The notes under the pieces were generated by a model. The model was not told the DNA's origin, ran no database searches, and was given only the letters and a program-made list of their open reading frames with translations. A DNA stretch of 64,000 nt from Burkholderiales bacterium (GTDB lineage: Bacteria > Pseudomonadota > Gammaproteobacteria > Burkholderiales > Ga0077523): positions 70,257 through 134,256 of the forward strand of contig JALHMS010000010.1 of assembly GCA_022843925.1 (NCBI GenBank). Reading direction: 5' to 3'. Both the position numbers and the translations under genes were made by a program. Shown piece after piece: positions 1 through 9,303 of the stretch (position 1 is the stretch's first letter; each line of letters starts with the position of its first letter).

Positions 1-1483
1 GCGCGCCTCGCGGATCATCAGCAACGTGTATCCCCGATCGCGGATCGTCTACACGGCCACGACCCAGCGCGAGTTCCGGCTGACGCTCGACCAGATCTTC
101 GGCGGTTCCAGCGGCGGCGAGGATTTCGTGGCCGACGTGGGCGAACTGCTCGACAAGCTCGATGACGAATCGGACGGCGAAATCGCCGGGGCGGGCGGGA
201 TCGACGACGCCTCCCTCGCCCAGGACAACGAACTGGTCCGGCTGGTGAACAAGATCATCGTCGACGCCTACCACCAGGGCGCGTCCGACATCCACATCGA
301 ACCGTTCCCCGGCAAGGGCAAGACCGAGGTCCGCTTCCGCAAGGACGGCACGCTGACCCATTACATCTCGGTGCCCTCGTCGTACCGCAATGCGCTGGCG
401 GCGCGATTGAAGATCATGTGCGATCTCGACATCTCGGAGCGCCGCAAGCCGCAGGACGGCAAGATCAAGTTCAAGAAGTTCGGCCCGCTCGACATCGAAC
501 TGCGGGTCGCGACCGTGCCGTCGCAGGGCGGTGTCGAAGACATAGTGATGCGGATTCTCGCCGCCGGCGAACCGATCCCGCTCGACAAGCTCGGCCTGTC
601 CGCGCGGAATCTGAAGAACGTGAAGGAGACGATCGCCAAGCCGTACGGTCTCTTCTTCGTGTGCGGCCCGACCGGCTCCGGCAAGACGACCACCCTGCAC
701 TCGATCCTCGGCTACATCAACACGCCGGAGACGAAGATCTGGACCGCCGAGGACCCCGTCGAGATCACGCAGAAGGGTCTGCGGCAGGTGCAGATGAACC
801 CCAAGGCCGGCGTGACCTTCGCCACGGCGATGCGCGCATTCCTCCGGGCCGATCCGGACGTCATCATGGTGGGCGAGATGCGCGACAAGGAGACGACCGC
901 GATCGGCATCGAGGCGTCGCTCACCGGTCACCTCGTATTCGCGACGCTCCACACGAACAGCGCCCCCGAGTCGATCATCCGGCTGCTCGACATGGGGATG
1001 GATCCGTTCAATTTCTCGGATGCCCTGCTCGGCGTGCTGGCCCAGCGGCTCGCGAAGCGGCTGTGCGCCAAGTGCAAGAAGTCCCACGTGGCCACCCAGG
1101 ACGAGATGAAGGCGTTGCTGGAGGAGTACAGCATCGAGCTGAAGAACACCGACTACTGGAAGCGCGATCCCAAGGCATCGTTCGAAGGCCTGTACCGGGA
1201 GTGGGTCCAGAACTTCGCCAACGAGAAGGGACAGTTCACCCTGTATTCGCCGGTGGGTTGCGACACGTGCAGCGGCACCGGCTACAAGGGACGGGTGGGC
1301 CTCCACGAACTGCTCATCGGCACCGAGACGATCAAGAAGCACATCCAGGAGCACGCCCGCGTCGCCGACATCGTCGCCACGGCGCTCGCCGAGAACATGC
1401 GCACCCTGAAGCAGGACGGCATAGAGAAGGTCCTGCAGGGGATCACCGACATGAAGCAGGTGCGTGCGGTCTGCATCAAGTAG
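1..1483 (+). CDS. GspE/PilB-family secretion/pilus-assembly ATPase, 5' end cut by window edge
   Basis: The frame is open from nt 2, and the track ORF 26..1483 starts at an internal GTG. Motifs: Walker A GPTGSGKTTTLHS, MVGEMRDKET and ATLHTNSAP boxes, and the C-terminal tetracysteine cluster CAKCKK...CDTCSGTGYKGRVGLHELL typical of GspE/PilB ATPases. Confidence 0.9.
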   Translation, partial: RASRIISNVYPRSRIVYTATTQREFRLTLDQIFGGSSGGEDFVADVGELLDKLDDESDGEIAGAGGIDDASLAQDNELVRLVNKIIVDAYHQGASDIHIEPFPGKGKTEVRFRKDGTLTHYISVPSSYRNALAARLKIMCDLDISERRKPQDGKIKFKKFGPLDIELRVATVPSQGGVEDIVMRILAAGEPIPLDKLGLSARNLKNVKETIAKPYGLFFVCGPTGSGKTTTLHSILGYINTPETKIWTAEDPVEITQKGLRQVQMNPKAGVTFATAMRAFLRADPDVIMVGEMRDKETTAIGIEASLTGHLVFATLHTNSAPESIIRLLDMGMDPFNFSDALLGVLAQRLAKRLCAKCKKSHVATQDEMKALLEEYSIELKNTDYWKRDPKASFEGLYREWVQNFANEKGQFTLYSPVGCDTCSGTGYKGRVGLHELLIGTETIKKHIQEHARVADIVATALAENMRTLKQDGIEKVLQGITDMKQVRAVCIK

Positions 1484-1514
1484 CTTCCACGTGACGACGG
1501 ACGCCCCACCGACG

Positions 1515-3182
1515 ATGAACCCCCTCCCGATGACGCCTGCGGCACCCGACGCCTCGGAGGATCTCCTGCCGCGCCTGGAGGAACTCAACGAGATCGGTAT
1601 CGCCCTCTCGAAGGAGCGCGATCTCGCGCGGCTCCTCGAGACCATCCTGATCGCGGCCAAGAAGATCACGAACGCCGAGGGCGGCACGCTCTATCGCCGT
1701 CATGCCGACGACGAGAACCTCCTCCACTTCGAGATCATCCGGAACGAGGTGCTCGGGATCGCGATGGGCGGCACCACGGGGCGCGAGATCCGTTTCGACC
1801 CGATCCCGCTCACCTTCGACGACGGCAGCGAGAACACGTCGATGGTGGTGGCCTACGCGGTGCTGCACGACCGGACGGTCAACATCGCCGACGCGTACAG
1901 CGAGGAAGGCTTCGACTTCTCCGGCACGAAGCGTTTCGACAGCCGCACCGGCTATCGCTCGAAATCGTTCCTCACCGTGCCGCTGAAGAACCACGAGAAC
2001 GAGATCATCGGTGTTCTGCAGCTCATCAACGCGAAGGATCGCGCGACGGGCGAGATCATCCCGTTCGGCCCGGCCGATCAGCGGCTCGCTGAGTCGCTCG
2101 CGTCCCAGGCGGCGGTCGCCATCACGAACCGGCTGCTCATCCTGCAACTGGAGCACCTCTTCGAGTCTTTCATCAACCTCATCAACGAGGCGATCGACGA
2201 CAAGTCGCCCTACACCGGCGGTCACTGCAAGCGGGTGCCGCAGCTCACGATGCTGCTGGCCGAGGCGGCCCACAGGGCGGAGTCCGGTCCGCTGGCTGCC
2301 TGGCAGATGACCGAGCAGGACCGCTACGAACTGAAGATCGCAGGGCTTCTGCACGACTGCGGCAAGGTGACCACGCCGGTCCACGTGGTCGACAAGGCCA
2401 CGAAACTGCAGACCATCTTCGATCGCATCGAGCTCGTCGAGACGCGGTTCGAAGTCGTGAGACGGGATGCCGAGATCGCCATGCTGCGGGCGAGGCTTGC
2501 CGCGCACGAGGGTGGGCCGGCCATCGACGTGGCGGCGACCGAGAAGACCTACATGGCGCGGCTCGCCAAGATCGAGGAGGACCGCGAATTCGTCCGTCGC
2601 GCCAACATCGGTTCCGAAGCGATGGGGGCGGAAGATCAGGCGCGTGTGAAGGCGATCAGCCTCGAGTACCCGTGGAACGACCCGACGGGCGCCAATGTGC
2701 CGTTCTTCAGCGCCGACGAGGCGGAGAACCTGGCCATCCGCGCGGGCACGCTCACCGCGAAGGAACGTCAGATCATCAACCATCACATCGACGTGACGAT
2801 CAAGATGCTCGAGGCGCTTCCATGGCCGCGGCACCTGCGCAATGTGCCGGAGTACGCGGGCGGTCACCACGAGCGGATGGACGGCAAGGGCTACCCGCGC
2901 GGTCTCAAGCGGGACGACATGTCGGTGCAGGCCCGCATCATGGGCATCGCCGACATCTTCGAGGCACTGACCGCGAAGGACCGGCCCTACAAGAAGGGCA
3001 AGACGCTCACCGAGTCGCTGCACATCCTCGGCAAGTTCAGCCTGAACGGCCACGTGGATCCGGACCTCTTCGACGTGTTCGTCCGGGACCGCGTCTATCT
3101 CGCGTATGCCGAACAGTTTCTCGATCCGGAGCAGATCGACGAAGTGGACGTCAGCAGCATTCCGGGGTATGCCGGAGACTGA
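1515..3182 (+). CDS. GAF-like sensor + HD-GYP domain protein (predicted c-di-GMP phosphodiesterase/receptor)
   Basis: Track ORF 1464..3182. I chose the ATG at 1515 (MNPLPMTP) because 1464 lies inside the upstream gene. HD-GYP signature: [11 protein letters not shown] ... [14 protein letters not shown]. The N-terminal half looks GAF-like, which is a weaker call. Confidence 0.85.
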   Translation: MNPLPMTPAAPDASEDLLPRLEELNEIGIALSKERDLARLLETILIAAKKITNAEGGTLYRRHADDENLLHFEIIRNEVLGIAMGGTTGREIRFDPIPLTFDDGSENTSMVVAYAVLHDRTVNIADAYSEEGFDFSGTKRFDSRTGYRSKSFLTVPLKNHENEIIGVLQLINAKDRATGEIIPFGPADQRLAESLASQAAVAITNRLLILQLEHLFESFINLINEAIDDKSPYTGGHCKRVPQLTMLLAEAAHRAESGPLAAWQMTEQDRYELKIAGLLHDCGKVTTPVHVVDKATKLQTIFDRIELVETRFEVVRRDAEIAMLRARLAAHEGGPAIDVAATEKTYMARLAKIEEDREFVRRANIGSEAMGAEDQARVKAISLEYPWNDPTGANVPFFSADEAENLAIRAGTLTAKERQIINHHIDVTIKMLEALPWPRHLRNVPEYAGGHHERMDGKGYPRGLKRDDMSVQARIMGIADIFEALTAKDRPYKKGKTLTESLHILGKFSLNGHVDPDLFDVFVRDRVYLAYAEQFLDPEQIDEVDVSSIPGYAGD

Positions 3183-3375
3183 CGGAAAACGTCACGACGA
3201 CCACGCGGGCTTCCTGTGCACGACTTCCTTCCGCCGCACGCCGATCCCCGGCCCTGACATGCGACGGAGACAAAACCCCCGGTGGAACCGGACCAGCCCC
3301 GAAACCCCGGCGCACAAGGGTACTTTCCGACAGGGTCGTTCAATGGGCCGACAGCCCCTGTCAAGATTCGCGTAC

Positions 3376-3391
3376 TGGCACACGCCTTGCC
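3376..3391 (+). promoter_or_regulatory. RpoN (sigma54) -24/-12 promoter for pilA
   Basis: TGGCAC-acgcc-TTGCc matches the consensus TGGCAC-N5-TTGC with correct spacing, about 60 nt upstream of the pilA ATG. Sigma54/PilR control of pilA is established in Pseudomonas and relatives. Confidence 0.7.
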
Positions 3392-3451
3392 TTTTCGGAG
3401 GGTGCACATCGCCCGATTGTGTCCAGTCCAACCGCCTTAGGAGTTAAGTCA

Positions 3452-3910
3452 ATGAAGCGTATTCAACAGGGTTTCACCCTCATCGAGCTGATGATCGTGG
3501 TCGCGATCATCGGCATTCTGGCGGCGGTTGCGCTGCCCGCGTACCAGGACTACACGGTCCGCGCCCGGGTGCAGGAAGCCGTGACGCTGTCCGACCCGGC
3601 CCGCTCGGCAGTGGCCCAGGCCTGCTCCGAAGCCACGCTGGGTGGTGCCACCTCCGCGGGCGGCGTCGTCGACAACACGACGGCCGGTCTGCCGGTACCG
3701 ACGGGGATCACCGGCCAGTACGTGGCTTCCGTGACGATGACCAGCACGGGCACGAGCACGGCCACCGTGACGATCTCCGTCCGCAACATCAACGGTATCG
3801 TGGCCGGTGGCAGCACCGGTGATGTGATCTACACGGCAGCCTGCAACCCTGGTGGCACGAACTGGTCGGTTTCGGGCTCGATCCTGTCCAAGTACTTCCC
3901 GAAGTCCTGA
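3452..3910 (+). CDS. pilA: Type IVa major pilin (prepilin)
   Basis: Only the last 459 nt of track ORF 2672..3910 are pil[35 protein letters not shown] is a class III leader with G-1, F+1 and E+5. Two Cys ([12 protein letters not shown]) fit the C-terminal disulfide loop. An AGGAG RBS lies 8 nt upstream of the ATG. Confidence 0.95.
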   Translation: MKRIQQGFTLIELMIVVAIIGILAAVALPAYQDYTVRARVQEAVTLSDPARSAVAQACSEATLGGATSAGGVVDNTTAGLPVPTGITGQYVASVTMTSTGTSTATVTISVRNINGIVAGGSTGDVIYTAACNPGGTNWSVSGSILSKYFPKS

Positions 3911-3931
3911 TCCGGACTTTCAGGTCTGTAC

Positions 3932-3964
3932 AAAAAAGGAGGCGAAAGCCTCCTTTTTCTTTTT
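3932..3964. terminator. Bidirectional rho-independent terminator between convergent pilA and GT41 gene
   Basis: A-run, then stem GGAGGC, loop GAAA, stem GCCTCC, then a T-run (aaaaaaGGAGGCgaaaGCCTCCtttttctttttc). Confidence 0.8.
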
Positions 3965-4084
3965 CGGGTGACGATCCGCGTCTTCCCGCCGACCGGAACG
4001 GAGGCACAAGGGCGGCCATCGGATGCCATCGTCCACCCGCAGACACGTGCGGCGATAAACGTCGCCTGCAGGTGTCACGCAACG

Positions 4085-6829
4085 TCAACGCCCGTCCTGT
4101 CCCCCCGGTCTATCGAGCCAGTCCTGCCACATGCGGCGATAGGCCGCTTCGAGCGCCCGCGTGAATCGTGGCACGTCCGTCAACGGTGACGCCGCCATCG
4201 CCGACCGGAGCGTCTTTCGCATCCTTGCCAGGCGCTCGGGATCCTGCGCGAGCGACACCGCCAGTGCCACGTAGTCGGCGGCATCCTTCGCGATCAGCTC
4301 CCCGTACCCGATCGCCGAAAGGAGACTTGCCGATACCCGCGCGGCATGCCGATCTCCCAGCATGGCGACGACCGGGACCCCCATCCAGAGCGACTCGCAG
4401 GTGGTGGTGGTGCCGTTGTAGGGAAACGTGTCGAGGGCGATATCGACCTGCTCGAGCGTCCGGAGATGCGCCTGGAAGCCGGGAATCGGCCCCAGGAACC
4501 GCACGCGATCCCGCGCGAAGCCATGGGCATCCAGCCGGGCGCGAACGCGATCCTGCAGTTCCTCGTCGCCGAGCGTGGGCGTCTTCATCGTGAGGGTCGC
4601 GCCGGGAACGCGATCCAGGATCTCCTTCCAGCATCGGAGGGCCGAGTCACTCACCTTCTGGTAATTGTTGTAGACGCCGAAGTTGATGTGACCCGTCGCT
4701 GCCGACGGCGGGGCGCAGACCCCTGGCATTTCGGGCGACGGCGCGTACACGATGAACATGTCGGGCATCCGGAACACGCGCTCCAGTTGATGTGCGTCGG
4801 CGTCGGGCGCGGGATCCGCGATCGCATCCGAGATGCGCCAGTCGATGGTCGGGATGCCTGTGCCCGAGGGGTAGCCCAGCCAGGTCACCTGGACCGGCGC
4901 GACCCGGCGGGCGAGGAGGGCGAGGCGGTTGTTTCCGGTATGGCCCGCGAGCTCGACGACGACATCGAGGTCGTCTTCGAGCATCACCCGCTCCGCCTCG
5001 TCGTCGGGGAGGTTCCCGATATCCCTCCAGATGGTCGCCATCTCGCGAAAACGAGCGGTGGCCGGATCGGCCTCCCTGCCGGCGAAATAGAGATACAGCT
5101 CGACCGCCGTGGCGTCGTGGGCTCGCAGCACGGGCTGAACGAAGTGGCCGACCACATGGTTGCGGAAGTCGGGCGACACGTACCCCACGCGCAGCCGGCG
5201 CCCCGGTCGCCGATCGCGGGTGAACGACGTCCGGGATCTACGTTCGGCCAGTTCGGGGCGCTGTCCCGCCAGTACGTGCTCGGCAAGCAGAGCCGCCGGC
5301 GTCGTCGTCCCGACGTAGTTCAGTGCGAACAGCAGATTGCTCCAGGCGGTATCGAACTGCGGTCGGACCTCGATGACCTGACGCAGCGCCGGTACGCTCT
5401 CCTCGAAGCGCCCCTGCGCCTGGAGCGCATTGGCCAGACTGAGCAGCGCATCCGGATGCCGTGGATCCAGTTCGAGGGCATCGCGCGCGGCCGTCTCCGC
5501 CTTGGTGGGCAACTGCAACCGGTACTGCACCGAAGAGAGGTTGATGTGCGGCTCGATCAGCCGGGGTTCGAGTTCGATGGCGCGCTCGAGCTGCCGCCGT
5601 GCCTCCTCGTACTGCCCGATGCCCGAGAGCGCCACGCCGAGATCCGAGTATCCCCGCGCGGAATCCGGATCGAGCACCAGCAGGTCGGACAACCACTTGG
5701 CCGCCGCGCGGAAGCGGTTGCGCCGGATCAGGAGACCCGAAAGCGTGAAGAGGATCCGCGTATCCCCGCCGGCGAGCGCATTGGCCTTCTCCAGCAGGAT
5801 CTCGGCCTCGTCGTAGGACCGCTGGCCGATCAGCACTTCGGCCAGGATGTGATGGGCATCCGCGCTCGCGGGGTCCACGGCGATCGCGCGATTCAGGAGC
5901 GCTTCGGCCTCGTCGAGGCGCTCCAGATGCAGCAGGGTCGTCCCTAGCTCGACCAGGATGGGCGCCGCGTCGGGCGCGATCCGATGCGCGTTTTCGAGGG
6001 CTGCGAGGGCCTGCTCCGGCTGACTCGCCGCGCGGCGGACGATCCCGAGATGCGTCAGCGCGATGGCGGACTCGGTGCGGCCGCCGACGGCACGCTCCAG
6101 CACGACGAGCGCTTCGTCGACGCGCCCCGCCTTGAAGAGCAGCAGGCCCAGCATCGCGCCCGCGCCGGCATGGTCGGCATCGCGCGCCAGGATCAGTCGG
6201 CTGAGGGTCATGACCTCGGCAGGGTCGTTCTGCCGGACGAGGAAGCGGGCGAAATCGAAGACGTCGCGATCCCGGGTTCCGGCGCCGGTCCATGCCGCCA
6301 GAAGAGCAGGGGTCGCACCGTCGGTGTCGCCCTGACGGGCCAGCAGCGCCCCCAGCATCCATTGCAGCGCCGGCTCGGACGGCATGAGGGCCACGGCGCG
6401 CCGGTACACGTCGATCGCGTCCGGCACGCGGCCCATCTCCTGCCGGATCCGCCCGAGCAGGTGCCACCAGTTCGCATCGTCGGACTGTCTCGCGAGGCCG
6501 TCCTCGAAGCCCTCGCAGGCCTCTTCGAGCCGCCCCAGACGCCACAGCGCCTCTCCACGCGAGAAATGGAAGAGGGGCGCTTCCGGATCGATCGCGAGCG
6601 CGCGCTCGAAGCCCTCGAGGGCGGCTGCGAACTCGCCGGACGCCAGATCCAGTCGCGCGCGGAGGAAGCGCGCATCGGCATTCTTCGGGTCGATCTGCAG
6701 CGCCTGGTCGAAGGCCACGCGCGCGCTGGCCTGATCGCCCTTCTCGAACGCCTCGTAGCCGACCTTGACGTAGGCACGCGCCTCGCTTGAAGGGTCCGGC
6801 TTGGGTTTGCCCTTGAGCCACTTGAACAT
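4085..6829 (-). CDS. TPR-repeat + GT41 (O-GlcNAc transferase/SPINDLY-like) glycosyltransferase, paralogue 1
   Basis: 914 aa with a long N-terminal TPR array. C-terminal catalytic motifs: VGYVSPDFRNHVVGHF, VQVTWLGYPSGTG and DTFPYNGTTTTCESLWMGVPVV...ARVSASLLSAIG, parallel to the OGT motif FPYNGHTT..LW.G.P. No signal peptide. Confidence 0.85.
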   Translation of the reverse strand: MFKWLKGKPKPDPSSEARAYVKVGYEAFEKGDQASARVAFDQALQIDPKNADARFLRARLDLASGEFAAALEGFERALAIDPEAPLFHFSRGEALWRLGRLEEACEGFEDGLARQSDDANWWHLLGRIRQEMGRVPDAIDVYRRAVALMPSEPALQWMLGALLARQGDTDGATPALLAAWTGAGTRDRDVFDFARFLVRQNDPAEVMTLSRLILARDADHAGAGAMLGLLLFKAGRVDEALVVLERAVGGRTESAIALTHLGIVRRAASQPEQALAALENAHRIAPDAAPILVELGTTLLHLERLDEAEALLNRAIAVDPASADAHHILAEVLIGQRSYDEAEILLEKANALAGGDTRILFTLSGLLIRRNRFRAAAKWLSDLLVLDPDSARGYSDLGVALSGIGQYEEARRQLERAIELEPRLIEPHINLSSVQYRLQLPTKAETAARDALELDPRHPDALLSLANALQAQGRFEESVPALRQVIEVRPQFDTAWSNLLFALNYVGTTTPAALLAEHVLAGQRPELAERRSRTSFTRDRRPGRRLRVGYVSPDFRNHVVGHFVQPVLRAHDATAVELYLYFAGREADPATARFREMATIWRDIGNLPDDEAERVMLEDDLDVVVELAGHTGNNRLALLARRVAPVQVTWLGYPSGTGIPTIDWRISDAIADPAPDADAHQLERVFRMPDMFIVYAPSPEMPGVCAPPSAATGHINFGVYNNYQKVSDSALRCWKEILDRVPGATLTMKTPTLGDEELQDRVRARLDAHGFARDRVRFLGPIPGFQAHLRTLEQVDIALDTFPYNGTTTTCESLWMGVPVVAMLGDRHAARVSASLLSAIGYGELIAKDAADYVALAVSLAQDPERLARMRKTLRSAMAASPLTDVPRFTRALEAAYRRMWQDWLDRPGGQDGR

Positions 6830-6998
6830 GGGTCACCTCGATTTCGCTGGAGCGGCAGGCGCGCCTGCGCTTCGCACTGCGGCAAGCCTTGCCGGCGACC
6901 CGATCGCCGCTGCGGCACTCGCTGCACCACGGCCCCGCGCCGTATGATCCGTTTGCATTCGACATGCGCCACGGTTGGCGCGAATGGAGCATGAAAGC

Positions 6999-7319
6999 AT
7001 GATCTTCGGAATGTTCGATACCAGAAAGGTGGATGACTTCGCGAGGAGCCTCGCCTCGGATCTTTCTCGGCGCTTCCCGCCGGCCAGTGAAGCCCGGACG
7101 GACAAGGGCGTGAAGCAGCAGCTCGAAGTGGTCACCGAGGGCCTGTACGCGCGAGCCGTCCGATTCCACCAGGAGAACCGCCTGGGCCTGTACAAGAAGG
7201 CGAAGCTGGGCAACACGTTCCGTTGGCAGTTGAAGGCCCTGGGATACACCGATCCGTTCATCGAGACGGTGACGAAGGGGCTGGTGGTGCGGCTCGCAAC
7301 GCCGAAGAAGACCCAGTAG
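6999..7319 (+). CDS. Small conserved-looking hypothetical protein
   Basis: Track ORF 6975..7319, with alternative starts TTG 6975, ATG 6984 and ATG 6999. It has a strong GC3 codon bias and a balanced composition (MIFGMFDTRKVDDFARSLASDL...). No recognisable domain. Its 3' end overlaps the convergent GT41 paralogue 2 by 62 nt. Confidence 0.6.
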   Translation: MIFGMFDTRKVDDFARSLASDLSRRFPPASEARTDKGVKQQLEVVTEGLYARAVRFHQENRLGLYKKAKLGNTFRWQLKALGYTDPFIETVTKGLVVRLATPKKTQ

Positions 7320-9303
7320 TCGCGGCGGCCGTCGCCGGCGATGCCAACGCCCGATACGCTGCTTCCAGATCCCGCACGAACCGCGGTTCGTCCATGATCC
7401 CCGATCCTGCGAGGCGCTGTCGCAGGCCGCTCCGCAGGGTCGCCAGCGCTGCCACATCCCCGGCGCGACGCCGGGCGATCTCCACGTAGTCGTCCACCGT
7501 TCTCCCGCACCAGTCGTCCAGCCCGAGATTCGCCAGGATGCTGGCGCCGACGCGCGACACATGCGTGTCTCCCGCCAGCGCGATCACCGGCACCCCCATC
7601 CAGAGTGCATGCAGGGTTGTCGTCGTGCCGTTGTAGGGGAAGCTGTCCAGCGCGATGTCGACCTCCCGGTGCTGCGCGAGGAAGGTCTCGTGCGAACCAC
7701 GCCCACGCAGGATGAAGCGCGCCGGATCGACCCCCCTCCCCTCGAAGTACGCCAGCAGCGCCGTGCGCGCCTCGCCCCCGGGGAGCGCGGTCATCAGGCA
7801 TCGCGCATCGGGTACGGCCACCATCACGTTCGCGATGGTCTCGCGCATCGTCGGCGAGATCTTCGCGAACGTGTTGAAGCAGCCGAACGTGATGCAGCCA
7901 TTGGCGATGGCCGGCAGCGGCCCCGGATCCGGCGCACCGGGCAGCGGCCGGAAGCACATGAAGAAGTGCGGCAGCGGCACGATCTGCTCCGACGCGGTCT
8001 GGCCGGAGAGGTCTGCGGCGATGTGCCGATCGGTGATCCACGCGTCCACGGAGCGCAGACCCGTGGTGTCGGGGTAGCCGAGCCACGTGACCTGCACCGG
8101 CGCCGGCTTGCGGGCGAAGAGCGGCAGGTTGTTGTCGTCGAAATGACCCTTCAGATCCACGAGGACATCGATGCCATCCGCACGGACCAGCTCCGCGAGG
8201 GCGTCCCACGCCATGCCCGGCACGCGCCGCCAGTGGTCCGCCTTTCCCTCCAGACGCAGGCTCACGGCATCCCGCTGCCGCGTGCGGTCGTAGCACCACA
8301 CCTCGACCGTCCGGCGGTCGTGGCGCTCCAGCACCGGCTCGAAGAAGTAGTTGATGACGTGATCGCAGAAGTCGCCCGACACGTAGCCCACGCGCAGCCG
8401 CCGCGATCCCGACGATGGCGTGGGCCCGACGACGGGGGGACGGCGGAAGCGACGGTCGTAGTCGTCGAACGCCTTCGCGCGCGCTTCCCGCGACGGGGAC
8501 CCGGCGTACAGCCCGGCCGAGAACCAGTCGGACCACGCCTGCGGATCCGAAGGCGCGAGCGCCATCCCGCGTTCGTAGTGGACGAGCGCCTCTGCCAGCT
8601 CGCCGCGACTGTCGAGGGCGAACGCCAGCTTGCGATGGGTGAACGCATCGTCGGACCCGCACGCAAGCGCCTCGCGGTACCAGCGGATCGCATCGTCGAG
8701 ACGTCCGCGCGCCTGCATCGTGGCGCCGAGATACGCGCGCGACGCTGCGTCGCCGGGATCGCGTGCGCCGGCCTGCTCCAGTTGCGCGACCGCGTCGTCG
8801 AGCCGGCCCTGGGCGTGCAGAAGCGCGACGGGGTTGCGAGCCGGATCGAACGTCCAGTCGAGCAGGCGATGCATCTGGTAGGTCTCGATCGCATCGTCGT
8901 ACCGACCCAGCGCACCGAGCAGCGGGACGATTCGCTCGGCCGCCGCGGCATACCGCAGATCCGCAGCGAGCGCGGCTCGCATCGCCGAGAGCGCGGCTTC
9001 CGCATCGCCGGTCTCCCGCAGTGCCTCGGCCAGCGTGAACCACGTGGCGGCCCGCGAAGGGTCGAGCGTCGTCGCCGTCCGGAGATGCACCACTGCGCGG
9101 GGGAACGCGCCCTGTCGGCAGGCCAGAACGCCGGCCAGATGCAGCGCTTCGGCGGGTGGCGACGGCTCGGCAAGCAACCCGTCGAGGACGGCCGCCGCCC
9201 CTGCATCGTCGCCGGCGCGTAGCGCGGTTCGCGCGGCTTCCAGGCGTGGTCCTGCCGGGGCAGGGGGTGGCGCGGACCGATGACGTCTCAGCCAGTCGAA
9301 CAT
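7258..9303 (-). CDS. TPR-repeat + GT41 (OGT/SPINDLY-like) glycosyltransferase, paralogue 2
   Basis: Track ORF 7258..9498. I moved the start to ATG 9303 (MFDWLRRH), which matches the N-termini of the neighbouring paralogues (MFKWLKGK, MLDWLKQT). Motifs: VGYVSGDFCDHVINYF, VQVTWLGYPDTTG and DSFPYNGTTTTLHALWMGVPV. Confidence 0.85.
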   Translation of the reverse strand: MFDWLRRHRSAPPPAPAGPRLEAARTALRAGDDAGAAAVLDGLLAEPSPPAEALHLAGVLACRQGAFPRAVVHLRTATTLDPSRAATWFTLAEALRETGDAEAALSAMRAALAADLRYAAAAERIVPLLGALGRYDDAIETYQMHRLLDWTFDPARNPVALLHAQGRLDDAVAQLEQAGARDPGDAASRAYLGATMQARGRLDDAIRWYREALACGSDDAFTHRKLAFALDSRGELAEALVHYERGMALAPSDPQAWSDWFSAGLYAGSPSREARAKAFDDYDRRFRRPPVVGPTPSSGSRRLRVGYVSGDFCDHVINYFFEPVLERHDRRTVEVWCYDRTRQRDAVSLRLEGKADHWRRVPGMAWDALAELVRADGIDVLVDLKGHFDDNNLPLFARKPAPVQVTWLGYPDTTGLRSVDAWITDRHIAADLSGQTASEQIVPLPHFFMCFRPLPGAPDPGPLPAIANGCITFGCFNTFAKISPTMRETIANVMVAVPDARCLMTALPGGEARTALLAYFEGRGVDPARFILRGRGSHETFLAQHREVDIALDSFPYNGTTTTLHALWMGVPVIALAGDTHVSRVGASILANLGLDDWCGRTVDDYVEIARRRAGDVAALATLRSGLRQRLAGSGIMDEPRFVRDLEAAYRALASPATAAATTGSSSALRAAPPAPSSPSR

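Noticed and set aside
2672-3451. The 5' 780 nt of track ORF 2672..3910, which would give a 412-aa pilin-containing protein.
   Set aside because: The upstream part overlaps the HD-GYP gene out of frame and crosses the intergenic sigma54 promoter. A canonical prepilin leader with its own RBS starts at 3452.
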